DNA of 64,000 bases from Carpediemonas membranifera BICM (taxonomy: Eukaryota > Protista > Fornicata): assembly GCA_019828565.1 (NCBI GenBank), contig JAHDYR010000002.1, positions 248,001 to 312,000 of the forward strand, read 5' to 3'. Position numbers and translations under genes: made by a program. Below are positions 1 through 11,900 of the stretch, piece after piece. Below the pieces are notes generated by a model. The model ran no database searches. It saw nothing but the letters and a program-made list of their open reading frames with translations, and was not told the DNA's origin. Within the stretch, counting starts at the first letter, position 1, and every line of letters begins with the position of its first letter.

Positions 1-145
1 CCTGGCCGGCCAGTGGTTCGAGGCGTCACATGGCTCGGGCGAAGTGGCTGAGATGAAGGAGTGCGAGGCGCCGGCTCGTTCATATTTGCATACAATCGTC
101 ACTGTCGACGTCGACGCGTGGATCCCGGGCGAGACGGGCATCTGA
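1..145 (+). CDS. 3' end of an RCC1-like family paralog (partial, runs off the window)
   Basis: Near-identical to about 19918-20048 (…EASHGSGEVAEMKECEAPARSYLHTIVTVDVDAW); stop TGA at 143-145. Confidence 0.8.
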   Translation, partial: LAGQWFEASHGSGEVAEMKECEAPARSYLHTIVTVDVDAWIPGETGI

Positions 146-1279
146 AAAAAATCGTCGCCTTGATCACAGATCGCTATCCTGCCGTTTATTAATACGACCA
201 ACCATGCCCTGTCTCAGCTGGACAGGGCGTTCAGATCCTTCACAAAGCCGGCTACATCGTGCATCTCGCCAAGAATATCCCCTGATTTGATTGTCTCAAG
301 AATTTTGGGCCAGACCTCCGTCATCCCCGCAGATTGGATCAGATGGGTCTGCCGATGCAGCGGCAGGTCGGGCAGTATCGACTCGAGCTCACGCACGCCG
401 CTCAGCGCAAACACATGAGCTTGAAGCTTGTCCTAGCGAACGCATGAGCAAGTGAGTTGCACAAACCATTGGCATGAGCGAGGGCTAGCTCTGCCGCTCC
501 ACCGTGTTCTGCGTCGGCCAAAACATTTGGCGGCCCAATCACAGGATCGCGTGCGGATCGGGTGGAGTCAAGCGGAGTCGTCAGCATTTAGCGAGCCCCG
601 GTCGAGGTTGTTCTTGAGGAGGAGTTGAGGCTGTCCCGGCACCCGAGATAAACGCTGACCCGCGGTGATTGACATTTCGCAGTTTATACGAGCGTCGAAC
701 GAAATGGGCAAGGAATCGCTCTTTCTGCCAATCACAAGAACAGACAACATATTGAAGTCTGATCCGGACTTTCCGCCTGCGTCGAGGGACACGATTGCCC
801 TGATCACGCGCGCAACGGTTTGTTTTCGCCGAATAACCACATCTAACGCAGGAACTCTTTGTCCAGGAACTTTCGAAGTCTGCAGGGAAGAACACGAAGG
901 CTCGCGGCGCCAAGACCCTTTCTTATGATGATGTCGCCAATGTAGTTGCAAACGACTCCCGGTTTGCCTTCCTCAACGACGAGATCCCGCGGACACAGCC
1001 CTACAAGGGCCCCGCTGGCGCTCCTGAGCACACCAGCTCGGATAAGAAGTGAACATACAACTCTTGTGCTTTTTAAACGCAGGCTCCAGTGTGACATTTC
1101 GTCATTCCCTCGAATCGTTGTGGGAAAAGAAGCAAGTATCAAGCAGTTACAGCACATCCATACAACATGCAAGAGCATGACATGGGGCTAAATGGCCGTC
1201 AAAACTTCGCGGCAGCACACGCAGCTTAAGGTATGCGCGGTTCGAGTTTCGTCCTTCCAACGCCTCTTAATCACTCACA

Positions 1280-1922
1280 ATGGGCATAAGCACCTCAAAG
1301 GTCTCCAAAAACACGTTGCGGGAGCTAGTGAAGAAGACTAACTTCGAAATGGATGAGGTGAAGGCTCTTCAGGAACATTTCTCTGCGATTAGCAGCTCAG
1401 AGGTTGACGACGGGCTTATCGACCAGTCGGAGATGAAGCGTGCACTTGGACTTCGCGGAGACCTCTTTGCGGAACGGTTATTCGGCCTCTTTGACGAGAA
1501 CCATGATGGAGTGATCAATTTTTCCGAATTTGTTCAGGGTCTCTCGATCTTTGCACCCCAGGCCTCCATAGACCAGAAGTTGAAGCTCAGTACGTCACTC
1601 ATGCGCTACATGAAATACCGTGGCGCATTTTTCGACCCACTTTTACCCAGGTTTCCGAATCTACGACTTTGACGGTGATGGGTACATCGACCGCCGCGAG
1701 CTCTACGATTGCCTAAAAGCCTCTCTCCAAGAGAACTCAATGGGGCTTAATGATGACCAAATCCGCTCGCTTGTTGACAAGACTTTCGAGGAGGCTGATA
1801 TGAATGGGGATGGTCTCATCGACTACAATGAGTATAAGGCGCTAGTACTCAAACACCCCGTGATGATCAAGCACATGACTCTGTCAAACCCGGTTGAATC
1901 GGTGAGGAAGATCCGGAGGTAG
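1280..1922 (+). CDS. Calcineurin B-like / neuronal calcium sensor-type EF-hand protein; one intron at 1590-1650
   Basis: N-terminal MGxxxSK myristoylation motif and EF-hand loops DENHDGVINFSE, DFDGDGYIDRRE and DMNGDGLIDYNE. Removing the intron GTACGT…CCCAG (61 nt) joins KLKL-S-FRIYD in frame. Confidence 0.9.
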
Positions 1923-2394
1923 ATCTTTCACATATTAGACGATGCGCAGGTGAATGGTAAATAGTTTTCTCCATTTTCTCCATTAGGAGGGTAAGGATGG
2001 ATGGGAGGTAGTGTTGCCGCTTTGGCAAGTGTGGTGTGTTCGGCAGACGTCACCCATGACGGGGGTGAGTTTGCTTGCGGCAGGTCCGGAGAAAGCGCGG
2101 CAGGCTATCTTTTGGGACTGGCGTATGCAGTGGTATACGCCACATTCGACGGCAGCAGCGGATCTTGTTTTGTCTTGAATTGTCACGCCAGCTCATTCCT
2201 GGGTCTCAAGTCTGTCAGAGAAAAATTTAAAAAGAAGCCTCGGAGAGTAGTAGAAGGTACATGCCATCACCACAGTGGTATATCATCCCATATATAGCTG
2301 CATTGGGCGAGAAAAAGAAATCTCGACACCATTGTGTCGAAAATGCAAAGGCTCTGAGAAGCAATCGTTGAATATCACCGAGGAAACAAGCAGG

Positions 2395-3162
2395 ATGGCT
2401 ATCAACAAGTTTGCGCTTTTGGAAGATGAGGTTCAGGAGACCACTCCTGTTGTTGAGAAGAAGGTGACCGCCACCAAGAAGGTGGAGAAGGTTCCCGGTC
2501 TTGTTGCTGCCCCTGCTTCCCGTGCCGACACGCACGTGAAGAAGACCCGTGAGGAGAAGCCTCTTAAGCACAACGGCCTTGGCCGCCACTCTGGCACTGG
2601 CCGCGGCAAGGAGGTTCGCAAGGGCGGCAAGGGCGCCCACGCCTGGGGCGACGAGAAGCCCGAGTACAAGGGCTCCGAGGCTGCTCGTGAGACCACTGAC
2701 GTCACTGAGGCCGTTGAGGGTGAGACCACCCCCGCTGAGCCCGAGGTCGAGCTCATCTCTGCCGACGCCTTCCTCAAGAACCGCGTCGTCGTCGGTGCTG
2801 AGGCCGAGGCCCGTGAGGTCGATGACTCTGCCTATGAGGGCAAGGGCAAGAAGCTCGAGAAGGAGGTCGACGAGTCCCTCACTCGCTTCATGAACGTTAC
2901 CCGCAAGAAGAACCTCCGCACCCGTGAGGCCAAGGATACCAAGCTGGCTGCTCCCACTGAGATTTCTTTCCGCACCGCTTCTTCCCGCCCCCAGCGTGAC
3001 GACCGTGAGCGCCCCGCTCGCCGCCCCCGTGAGGAGGGTGACCGCCGTGCTGCCCGGCCCGACCGCAAGCCCCGCACCGAGCGTACCGTTCCCGGTAACA
3101 ACAAGCCCGCTGCTGGCAAGGGCGTCAAGCTGACCGATGCCGACTTCCCCGCTCTCCACTAA
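2395..3162 (+). CDS. SERBP1/HABP4/Stm1-like mRNA- and ribosome-binding protein
   Basis: Motifs N-x-F-x-L-L, RHSGTGR…RKGGKGAHAWG and C-terminal DFPAL; strongly biased codons suggest high expression. Likely ATG at 2395. Confidence 0.85.
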   Translation: MAINKFALLEDEVQETTPVVEKKVTATKKVEKVPGLVAAPASRADTHVKKTREEKPLKHNGLGRHSGTGRGKEVRKGGKGAHAWGDEKPEYKGSEAARETTDVTEAVEGETTPAEPEVELISADAFLKNRVVVGAEAEAREVDDSAYEGKGKKLEKEVDESLTRFMNVTRKKNLRTREAKDTKLAAPTEISFRTASSRPQRDDRERPARRPREEGDRRAARPDRKPRTERTVPGNNKPAAGKGVKLTDADFPALH

Positions 3163-3365
3163 ATCTTCTAAAGCGATTTACCGGACTTCGTTCATTTCGG
3201 GCGATTGTCAGAAGCATTTTCGCAACGGTGCAGTTGTATGCCATAAGCATGGTCTGAATATGGTCTAGTAAGGCCAGCATTGGGCCATATCGCATGCGAG
3301 AAGCAATCTGACTCCGCCGGAGTCGAGTGCAGGCTAGCCCAAGACGTGCAGGCGTGTTTGAGCGA

Positions 3366-4760
3366 ATGAGGGATCATTACGAGACTCTAGGCATCGAAGA
3401 GACCGCATCAGCTGGAGAGATCAAGAAGGCGTACTACAAGCTTTCTCTCAAGTGGCATCCTGATCGTAATTTCGGCGATGATGTGAAAGAAGCCGAGGAG
3501 AAGTTCAAGGAGATCCAGAACGCCTATGGCATTCTCTCAGATCCACAGGAACGTGCATACTATGATCGCCACAAAGATGAGATTCTTCACAGCACTGCTT
3601 TCGACGACGATACCCGCGTGAACCTCTACAGCTTCTTCTCTTCGAACTGCTACGACGGCATGGATGGCCCCAATGGCTTCTACGCAGTCTACGCCTCCGT
3701 ATTCGGCGAGCTCTTGGCTGAAGAGGAGGAAGAGCTCGGCAAGGGCCTGAGCTGGCCCACCTTTGGCGACGCAGAGGCAAGCAACAACGACGTGGACGCC
3801 TTCTACCGCCACTGGACCAACTTTTCAACCAAGAAATCGTTTACTTTCGCCAAAGTCTACGACGACCACGGCGTGACGGGCCGGTGGATGAAACGAGCCG
3901 TTGCCAAGGAGAACGAGAAGGAGAGGAGGGACCAGAAGCGCGCGTTTAACGAACGGGTGCGCCACCTTGCTCTTTTAGTCCAGAAACGTGATCCGCGATG
4001 GATTGTCCTGCAGCAGGCCAAGGCTGCCGCGGAAACCGAGCGCCTCGCCGCTATGGCCGCAAGGCAAGAAAAGGCAACCCAAGAGAAGGAGCGCAAGCGT
4101 GCAGAAGCACGCGCCAGACGCAACGAAGAGGCCGAAGCCGAGCGCCTTCGTGCCTTGGAAGAGTTCGAGTCGGCCGACCCAACAACAGTCCATCCTCTCG
4201 ACGACAGCTGGACGTTTGAGTCTGGTCAGGTGGAGATAGACGTGGCAGAGGAGCTCCTAGAGTGTTTGGACATCGATGAGTCTGGGCAGCTCCGTTGTGT
4301 GGTGTGTAATAAGTTGTTTAAGTCAGATGTGGCTTTTACAAAGCACTGTGATTCTAAGAAACACAGAGCTGCTATTGCTTCCCTTGAAGAGGAGGTTAGC
4401 AAGGACGAGAACACCCTACCCGAGTCCAACGGCGGGAATGAGACCAGCACCGGCAAGAAGAACAACGGCACCGACGAGACCACCACCACTGATGTCCAAA
4501 CTCCCCGCTCTCCAAGCCCAGACCTCGGCCGGCGTCGGAAAACTAAGACATTCAACTTTTCGGTCAACAGCGATGATGAAGGCCAGGAGGATGAGGCATA
4601 TTCTTCGAGGAAGAAGGGAAAGAAGGAGAAGCGCAAGGGAAAGAAGAAGGGCGGTAAGGCCGAGGGCGGGTTGTCGTGTCAGATATGCGGCGCTTCGTTC
4701 GCAACGAGGAATAATTTGTTCGCTCATATTCGGGAAACTGGGCATGCCGCTCTCAAGTGA
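3366..4760 (+). CDS. DNAJC21: DnaJ subfamily C member 21 / Jjj1-like J-protein
   Basis: J-domain with WHPD, a zuotin-homology region ([10 protein letters not shown]…RDPR) and two C2H2 zinc fingers (CVVCNK…H…H and CQICG…H…H). Confidence 0.9.
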   Translation: MRDHYETLGIEETASAGEIKKAYYKLSLKWHPDRNFGDDVKEAEEKFKEIQNAYGILSDPQERAYYDRHKDEILHSTAFDDDTRVNLYSFFSSNCYDGMDGPNGFYAVYASVFGELLAEEEEELGKGLSWPTFGDAEASNNDVDAFYRHWTNFSTKKSFTFAKVYDDHGVTGRWMKRAVAKENEKERRDQKRAFNERVRHLALLVQKRDPRWIVLQQAKAAAETERLAAMAARQEKATQEKERKRAEARARRNEEAEAERLRALEEFESADPTTVHPLDDSWTFESGQVEIDVAEELLECLDIDESGQLRCVVCNKLFKSDVAFTKHCDSKKHRAAIASLEEEVSKDENTLPESNGGNETSTGKKNNGTDETTTTDVQTPRSPSPDLGRRRKTKTFNFSVNSDDEGQEDEAYSSRKKGKKEKRKGKKKGGKAEGGLSCQICGASFATRNNLFAHIRETGHAALK

Positions 4761-4872
4761 GATCGCGGTTTGTTTACACGGTAAATTATGCGGGTATGTA
4801 ACTCATGTATTTGCTCGTTCCTTTGAACAGCGATGTGAATCACCCTCTACTTCACACCAACACGTCAACCAT

Positions 4873-5952
4873 TCAACCATCATCATGATCACCGTCTCTC
4901 ATGCCCTGCCCCAGCACCACTGTCCATCCGAGCGCCCTCACAGCATCTGCCACAGATCCATTGCTCAGCACGAAAGCTGCGTCTATCCCGCCCGCGCCAG
5001 GTAATCCTGCACAAAGCACGCCTGGAGTAGACCCGATTGCTGCTAGGAAGTCTTTGGCTACTGGGGGGAGGATCGGCGAGTCGTCTCCGACTGCAAGGTC
5101 CACCTCTGCTTGGCAGGAGGCGAGGGTTCGAGCCGCGGCTCGTGTGGCCGGCCAGTGTGAAGAAGAGGATAAAGAATGGCCTAGTGTATCTACAAATCGA
5201 GTCGTGGCTGTTATGAATCTGTTTTGAATCTCTGGATCGACTGATTTGAATCTGCCAATCATTGAGATCGTCTCAGATCCTGCAGATTTGGGTGGAGTGC
5301 AGAGAGTCAATCTTGGGATCCGCTCAATCTTCTTGAAAGGGCACGCTGTGACATAATCTTTCACATTTCTGACTGCCTCATCATTTCCTGACTGGACTGA
5401 AGAGATTGTTGTCTTTGGCAACGATCGGAAGACGATGGAACCAAACACAGCTGCTGCAACGTCTGCACCGCTTCCTACCTTTCCTTGGGCCTTTGAGTGG
5501 GCCAGTAAAGCTACCGCGAAGGTCGTAGCATCGTCAGTAATTCCATGGAAAGAAAGGACTGCCCTTGCAATAGCAGAGACGACAGCCGAAGACGAGCCGA
5601 GTCCTGTCTTGCCATTGTTGGAGTAGAACTCGGCGTCGACTTCAAGAGTAGCTTTGAACGGCTTTAGCGAATGTCCCGTGGAGGCCAAGTGGGCGAGTGC
5701 AAGGGAGAGTGGGTGGTAGAGGAACGGATTTGAGGGAATGGTGGTGCTATCCTCGTCTAGGTGCGATATTGCGGCAGTTTCTCCTGTCCGCACGGAGAAT
5801 ACCGAGAAACTAGAGGTGGATGCTGAAACTCGGACATGAGCGGAGCAATGCAATTGAACGACGATCGCCGAAATATTAGGTTGTAGTATAGCGTAACCAC
5901 CTGCTAAGATGCACTTGCCACCAGCCGAAACGTCCAGAGTGTTCGTGTTCAT
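4873..5952 (-). CDS. ERG8: Phosphomevalonate kinase, ERG8-type (GHMP family)
   Basis: Motifs GKCILAGGY, KTGLGSSSA, AHSKAQGKVGSGADVAAAVFG and PGAGGIDA. Confidence 0.88.
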   Translation of the reverse strand: MNTNTLDVSAGGKCILAGGYAILQPNISAIVVQLHCSAHVRVSASTSSFSVFSVRTGETAAISHLDEDSTTIPSNPFLYHPLSLALAHLASTGHSLKPFKATLEVDAEFYSNNGKTGLGSSSAVVSAIARAVLSFHGITDDATTFAVALLAHSKAQGKVGSGADVAAAVFGSIVFRSLPKTTISSVQSGNDEAVRNVKDYVTACPFKKIERIPRLTLCTPPKSAGSETISMIGRFKSVDPEIQNRFITATTRFVDTLGHSLSSSSHWPATRAAARTLASCQAEVDLAVGDDSPILPPVAKDFLAAIGSTPGVLCAGLPGAGGIDAAFVLSNGSVADAVRALGWTVVLGQGMRDGDHDDG

Positions 5953-6103
5953 GAATGGTCAAATGTGGCAAAACAATTGCGCTGAGTTTGCGGCTGATCG
6001 AACAGTAGACACCGACACACATGCGTAACCAGGCCATATACAACCAGAATGCAACTGATTGAGGATGCGCAGTTTATGACAGAACGAATTTCACCAAAAT
6101 ATC

Positions 6104-7096
6104 ATGCAGCGCGTGGCTTTGCAGCCACCGGACGAGCCAGTAGCTTGGAATGATGTAGAGAAATTCAACATTAACGCTCTTTTTGAGACAGGCTTCATAG
6201 ATATCGCAGACACAGCCATGTTTGACAAAATGGTCAACATCCTTGCCTATGGAGACCCAGAACAAGCAATCCACGGTTCAGTAGAGGACCACCTTCGCCA
6301 CCTCCGGCTATTCTACCGCTCCCTCCAAGGAATGGTGCAGTATCTTGCGCCCATTTCTCAGCAGCTGCACCACCACGTATACGCCCTCGAGCACGAGAAC
6401 AAGGAGCTTCAGCGCAAAGTAGACCGCATGGAGAAGAAATATTCCGACTCGAAGAAGACGATCAAGCAGCTTACAACGCAGAGGAAGGAATACCGTCGCC
6501 TGCTGGACCGGTATGAATCACTAGTGATGGCCAACGCGCAGCATGGAGCGAAGTGCGAGGTGTGCGGCAAGGTATTCCGGACAGGCGACCTCATGCTCGA
6601 GCATTGCGACCGGCATTGTGAGGAGCCGTCAATATACCCAAGAGATACAGAGATTTCAAGGCAAAAGCACGCCGAGTTCGCAATCAGGTTCCGCAGCGAG
6701 AGAGACAAGGGTCCTCCCGAAGATGCCGAGGCTCAAGTCGGTGGCCAGCCCAAGATGGGTCTGGCCGAGCTCCTCAAACTCACAGGCACTCGCCCAACCC
6801 AGCCAGATGTCCCCAAACGCGACTTCAACACTGAGTTGAACCAACTTATGAGCACAAGAGAACGGGTAGAGTCCCAGTACTTTATTGGACAGGAGCGACC
6901 CGCCCCGCCACTACCAGCAGCACTGCCTGATATTCAGGTCAACTTAGACGAGAGTCAGGAGTCAGCAAGTCCACCGCCGAGGAGACCGCCGTCGCCGGAG
7001 TCGGCACCACCGCATAGGAGGCCCCCAATGGCACAAGGTGGGATGAGCGAGAGCGAGACGGAAGGGAGCTTGTCAGAGGAGGAGTGGATCGTTTGA
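6104..7096 (+). CDS. DZIP1/Iguana-like ciliary protein
   Basis: Dzip-like N-terminal pattern (W…LQGMVQYL), a coiled coil, then a C2H2 finger CEVCGKVF…HCDRH. Confidence 0.7.
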   Translation: MQRVALQPPDEPVAWNDVEKFNINALFETGFIDIADTAMFDKMVNILAYGDPEQAIHGSVEDHLRHLRLFYRSLQGMVQYLAPISQQLHHHVYALEHENKELQRKVDRMEKKYSDSKKTIKQLTTQRKEYRRLLDRYESLVMANAQHGAKCEVCGKVFRTGDLMLEHCDRHCEEPSIYPRDTEISRQKHAEFAIRFRSERDKGPPEDAEAQVGGQPKMGLAELLKLTGTRPTQPDVPKRDFNTELNQLMSTRERVESQYFIGQERPAPPLPAALPDIQVNLDESQESASPPPRRPPSPESAPPHRRPPMAQGGMSESETEGSLSEEEWIV

Positions 7097-7243
7097 GGGG
7101 AGCGTTTATGGTATACATAGGCTTAATCATAAAATTCGACGCGCGTTGAGTGATGTAAAGGCATATTGCCCGCTTTAAGTCAGGTTATGCCTCGTATGTG
7201 GCAATTTGGTTATGTCACGCGTTGACAGCCTTTTGATTAGCTC

Positions 7244-8764
7244 ATGTATTCCATAAATGGAATTCGTAATTCCACATTCGCCCTGACAAACAGTGGCCAC
7301 ATGAGTACAGATTCTAATGAGGAGCCGTCGGAAGTCCTCGAGTGCCCTTTGAGATTCCCTGTCTTCTCCGCCTATGCAGGGCATCAGTCTTTATCCTCGC
7401 AATTCAAAGCAGCAGTAATCACAAAGAACGGCGCAGGGGTTGATGTAACGTCACTCACGAGAGCTGAGAGCCCTTCCAAGCAGCATATTATGGCCCGTCT
7501 CTCTTCCCGCGTGCTCCGCTTGCTTCTCCTCCGCTCCCCTGATGAAAGCCTTGTCACTGTTCTTTTCTGCAATAGCACCACAGCCGCCGCCGCCCTAATG
7601 GCTAACCTGCCAACCTTAGCATATCGTTCTCTCCAACAGCATGACCTTGAAGCAATCCGCGGTGCCGACTCGTTGGCGATGAGTGATCCTTCTTACGACA
7701 TCCCTGCTGCATTATCAGCCGAAATGCGCAGAGGAACATGCTTCTGCGACTGGAACGGCGTGAAAACACGCGGAGCTGCTCCCGGTTACTCTATCAGCGA
7801 TGCTTGGTCAGGCTATAACGACCAGGGAGAGCCCGTGCTTCTAGCATGCTCCATGGACCGAGTTCTGCATAGAATGCGCAAAGGACCGGATATCCAACAG
7901 ATGGCGCCCGTGAACTTCCAGGTAGGCATACGCACTGTTGCGTACTGCCCCCGCGGTAATATCATTGCTGCAGGCATGACTCGTCAGGCAGTCGAGTTTT
8001 ACCACGGTCATGACATACTCAATTCCGATGCCAAGACTGATCCTACACTCATGGGCGGCTTTAACGTTGAGGACTTGCCGACCGCCGTCCGTCTTACCCA
8101 GGCGGCATCTGAGACAATCTGCATCTCACAATACGGCGGTAAGATGATTCAGATGCACCGACTGAGGCATAACTCATACAGGCCTGGGCACGACAGGCTC
8201 GTGTGCGACCCTATCGGCACCGTACGAGACTCTCGGGCGTTCAGTGCTCTCGATGTAGACCGTCACGTCCTTGCCACTGGCGTAGGCTGCGCAGGAGCCT
8301 ACGTCCGCCTCTGGGACATCAGTCAGCAGCGTCCTTTCTTCCAGGCAGGCAACTTCCTCGGCGTCTTGTCAATGAGCGTGAACGTCGCCGCGCAGGATAT
8401 GGTTGTTGGCACGGGCGACGGGAGTTGGGGCTATGCCGGAAACGTGTTCACACTCGACCTCCGTTCGCCCAATGACCAGGTCAACCTCACAGGCAACTCG
8501 TCGGCCAGGCTCTCTGGGACATACTTTGTTCGTGCCTGTCTTGATGGATATACCGTTATTTCGGGACACGGAAACGGTCACATCAACTTTTATGATAGAC
8601 GTATGGGCGGGGTGGTACACTCGATCAGCTTGAGGCAAAAGCCGCGCAGCAAGTGCATTGTCACCCACATTGCCGAGTTTGGCGACGAGGTGGTTGTGAC
8701 CACCGCTTCGAAGAACACAAATGTGGTCATCTTGTCGAAAGACCATAGAGGAGGTGTTATGTGA
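7244..8764 (+). CDS. WD40-repeat protein (start may be ATG 7300)
   Basis: Long ORF with WD-like repeat ends VRLWD and SGHGNGHINFYDRR. Confidence 0.7.
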   Translation: MYSINGIRNSTFALTNSGHMSTDSNEEPSEVLECPLRFPVFSAYAGHQSLSSQFKAAVITKNGAGVDVTSLTRAESPSKQHIMARLSSRVLRLLLLRSPDESLVTVLFCNSTTAAAALMANLPTLAYRSLQQHDLEAIRGADSLAMSDPSYDIPAALSAEMRRGTCFCDWNGVKTRGAAPGYSISDAWSGYNDQGEPVLLACSMDRVLHRMRKGPDIQQMAPVNFQVGIRTVAYCPRGNIIAAGMTRQAVEFYHGHDILNSDAKTDPTLMGGFNVEDLPTAVRLTQAASETICISQYGGKMIQMHRLRHNSYRPGHDRLVCDPIGTVRDSRAFSALDVDRHVLATGVGCAGAYVRLWDISQQRPFFQAGNFLGVLSMSVNVAAQDMVVGTGDGSWGYAGNVFTLDLRSPNDQVNLTGNSSARLSGTYFVRACLDGYTVISGHGNGHINFYDRRMGGVVHSISLRQKPRSKCIVTHIAEFGDEVVVTTASKNTNVVILSKDHRGGVM

Positions 8765-8959
8765 ACCCCCTCTTATCGGATATTAAGGTAAATGGATCAG
8801 ATCGGACTGTGATGACCGGAGACGGCGAAAATGAACGGGAAAAGGCTGGGTTGACGCGAAGATAGTCATGCGAGAGCAAAGAGGGTCTGCCCACCATTTG
8901 TATCCGAATGTTCACGGCTCGAGGCAGCAGGTTTAGCCACCCACAAACCAAGCCAACGA

Positions 8960-11900
8960 ATGTCAGAAATCGGAGGCAAACAGCCATTGAAAATGAGCCT
9001 CAAGATGCTAGATGCCGTTAAAATGAGCACCTACGTTAACCATAGCATTTGCTGCCATCTTAGCGATCATGTTCTTGGTGTACACCAGCATGCGCTCATG
9101 ATCCTTCATCTTTCAACACGGATTCACTTCCGATACAGCTATAAGAACGAGCTTCCCTTCCCTGAGGTGCACCGGGCGTGTCAGCTGAACGGTGTGGTGT
9201 ATGCTCTGCCGTCCATGGGCGCATCGTTCGCGTCGTTCGACCTGGCGACGCGCCAGTGGACGAAGCTCGCTGATCTGCCGACGACGGCGCTGGTCGACTT
9301 CGCGATGACCGCCGCGGATGATTGCGTGTTCGTGCACGGCGGGAAGGGCAAGAAGGCGCTCTACGTATACGACATCGCCGACGACGCGTGGACAAAGCAC
9401 AACACCGACTTCAGCGCGGCTGGCCATGCAGCCGGCGGGCGCTACCTGCTGCACCGCACGCAGTTCCGCCGCATCGTCGGCAAGAAGCTCGAGACGCTGC
9501 CCGACTGCCCCATCGAGGCCGAGAACGCCCAGCTCGTCGAGACGGCCGACAGCCTCACCGTCCTCGCAGGCGGCAAGCTCGCGTCGTTTGGCGTCGCCAA
9601 GGGACGCTGGGTCGGCACCAGCGCTTGCGAGCCCGGCGCTGTCCTCGGCGTCCGCGACGGCGCCCCCGTCGTTGTCGTCCCCCTCGGCCAGTGTAGCGAC
9701 GTCGGCTGGCTTTCAAAGGTCCAAATCTCAAACGATTTCGCCGATATTCTTCGTATCTCCGGAATCAACCCAGATTCGCCCGATCTTTTAACTGCCAAGG
9801 ATCTTCGCGGTCGCACTGTTCTCCACCTAGCCTCATCCCATCGCCCAGAGATCGTATCTGACCTAATCTCAGGCGGTTGTTCAGTCAACCAGCTCGACAA
9901 GTGCAGCCTCCCCCCATTGGTTGACGCAGTTGTCGCCGACAATTACACTGCTGCCACAGCACTGATGAAAGGTGGCGCTGATCCCAGTTTCGTGACTCAG
10001 GACATGCTTGAGGGTCGACCCGACCTTGCCGAGCTTCTCCGCACGCAACAGACAGTCGTCGCGCAGTCTATGGCACCTCGTAGGACACATCCCAGTGACC
10101 GCGTTTTCCAGGCGATCGCGACGAGAGTGAGGATCGCGAACGAGATCCGGGATACGGAGCGGACTTATGTGGATGCCATGAGATTTATGGTTGACACAGT
10201 AATTCCGGAGTTTGTTGCAAGATCGGAGCAACGCGGATGGCCAAAGCAGCTCAAGAATCCTTCTGACGTGTTCGCGAACGTCGATCAGTTCATTTCAGCC
10301 AACGTCGAGCTCCTTGCCCGCCTCGACGAGCGCCTCCTCGACTTTGACCCAACCGAAACAGCAATCGGCGATATTTTCGTCCACACAGGCGCTTTTTTCA
10401 AGATGTACAAAGAGTACATCAAGACTTACGACTCTGCCCGCGAATTGCTTCAGATCACATCCCTAGCACTTGGCACACTCTTCCACCGTGTGCAAGAGAC
10501 TCCCCTGACCAACTACAAGGACATGCTTCGACTGACAGACACGCATCCGCTCGTGGCCGGATTTTTGGACTGGGTCAAGTGCCACCCTGATAATGCCAGC
10601 CATCATGATTTGCTCAGTTTATTAATCATGCCTGTTCAGCGTGTGCCAAGATACACTATGCTGCTTGCTGAGTTAATCAAAAGGACTGATGATGGGCATC
10701 CAGATATGGAGAATCTTCGTGCCGCTCTCAAGATTATGAACGACGTTGCCGACTCCGTCAACGCACACATGTCTGAGCAAGAGCGCAGAGACGCCGTCAT
10801 GGGCCTCAAGAGCTCTATTTCGAACTGGAATGATGTGGCAGATTGCCTGGCGCTGCCTCAGAGACAACTCTACCGCCGCGGCCAGCTTCACAGACAGACT
10901 GCGAATGGCGAGTGGCGTGACAGGCAACATGTTTTACTCAGCGATGTTTTGTTTTATATTTCGAGAGGGAAGCTGAATGTTGAAAAGGCGGTGATCCCCC
11001 TCTGCGTCGCTTTCGTCCGCGAAGGAGAGAATGAAAATGAAATCGTCATTTCCACGCCGATGAAGACGACTACGCTGAGTGCAAACACGCCCATTGAGAG
11101 AGATGAGTGGCTTCGTGACATTCAGATGAGACTCAACGCCATCGAAGGCGGCCTGGTTGGTGTCCGCGCCGCTCGAGAACGACTCGAACGACGTATGGCA
11201 GCCGCACCGGTCGCCACACCTGTCTCGCCCCTCACGGATGAGTGGATGCTCTTGATTCATTCACTTTCATGCGCCCTAAGTGCCAAGATTGGCCACGAGA
11301 CCATGCTCGCTTTCATCCAAGACACGCCTGAGGCTGACTTGTCACTTGCTGAGTTTAACGGTCAGGATTCAGTGAGAGTTGGGTCATTTGTGGTCAGAGT
11401 TGGGTTAGATTTCAAGATTATATCTTTGGAGTCGGGTGACTCTGTTGACTATCTCATGGGAACAGGATACGCTCTTCCCTTCCCTGAGGTGCACCGGGCG
11501 TGTCAGCTGAACGGTGTGGTGTATGCTCTGCCGTCCATGGGCGCATCGTTCGCGTCGTTCGACCTGGCGACGCGCCAGTGGACGAAGCTCGCTGATCTGC
11601 CGACGACGGCGCTGGTCGACTTCGCGATGACCGCCGCGGATGATTGCGTGTTCGTGCACGGCGGGAAGGGCAAGAAGGCGCTCTACGTATACGACATCGC
11701 CGACGACGCGTGGACAAAGCACAACACCGACTTCAGCGCGGCTGGCCATGCAGCCGGCGGGCGCTACCTGCTGCACCGCACGCAGTTCCGCCGCATCGTC
11801 GGCAAGAAGCTCGAGACGCTGCCCGACTGCCCCATCGAGGCCGAGAACGCCCAGCTCGTCGAGACGGCCGACAGCCTCACCGTCCTCGCAGGCGGCAAGC

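Noticed and set aside
214-1178. Possible fragmented or spliced minus-strand gene
   Set aside because: Several short ORFs but no recognisable motif or confident splice model.
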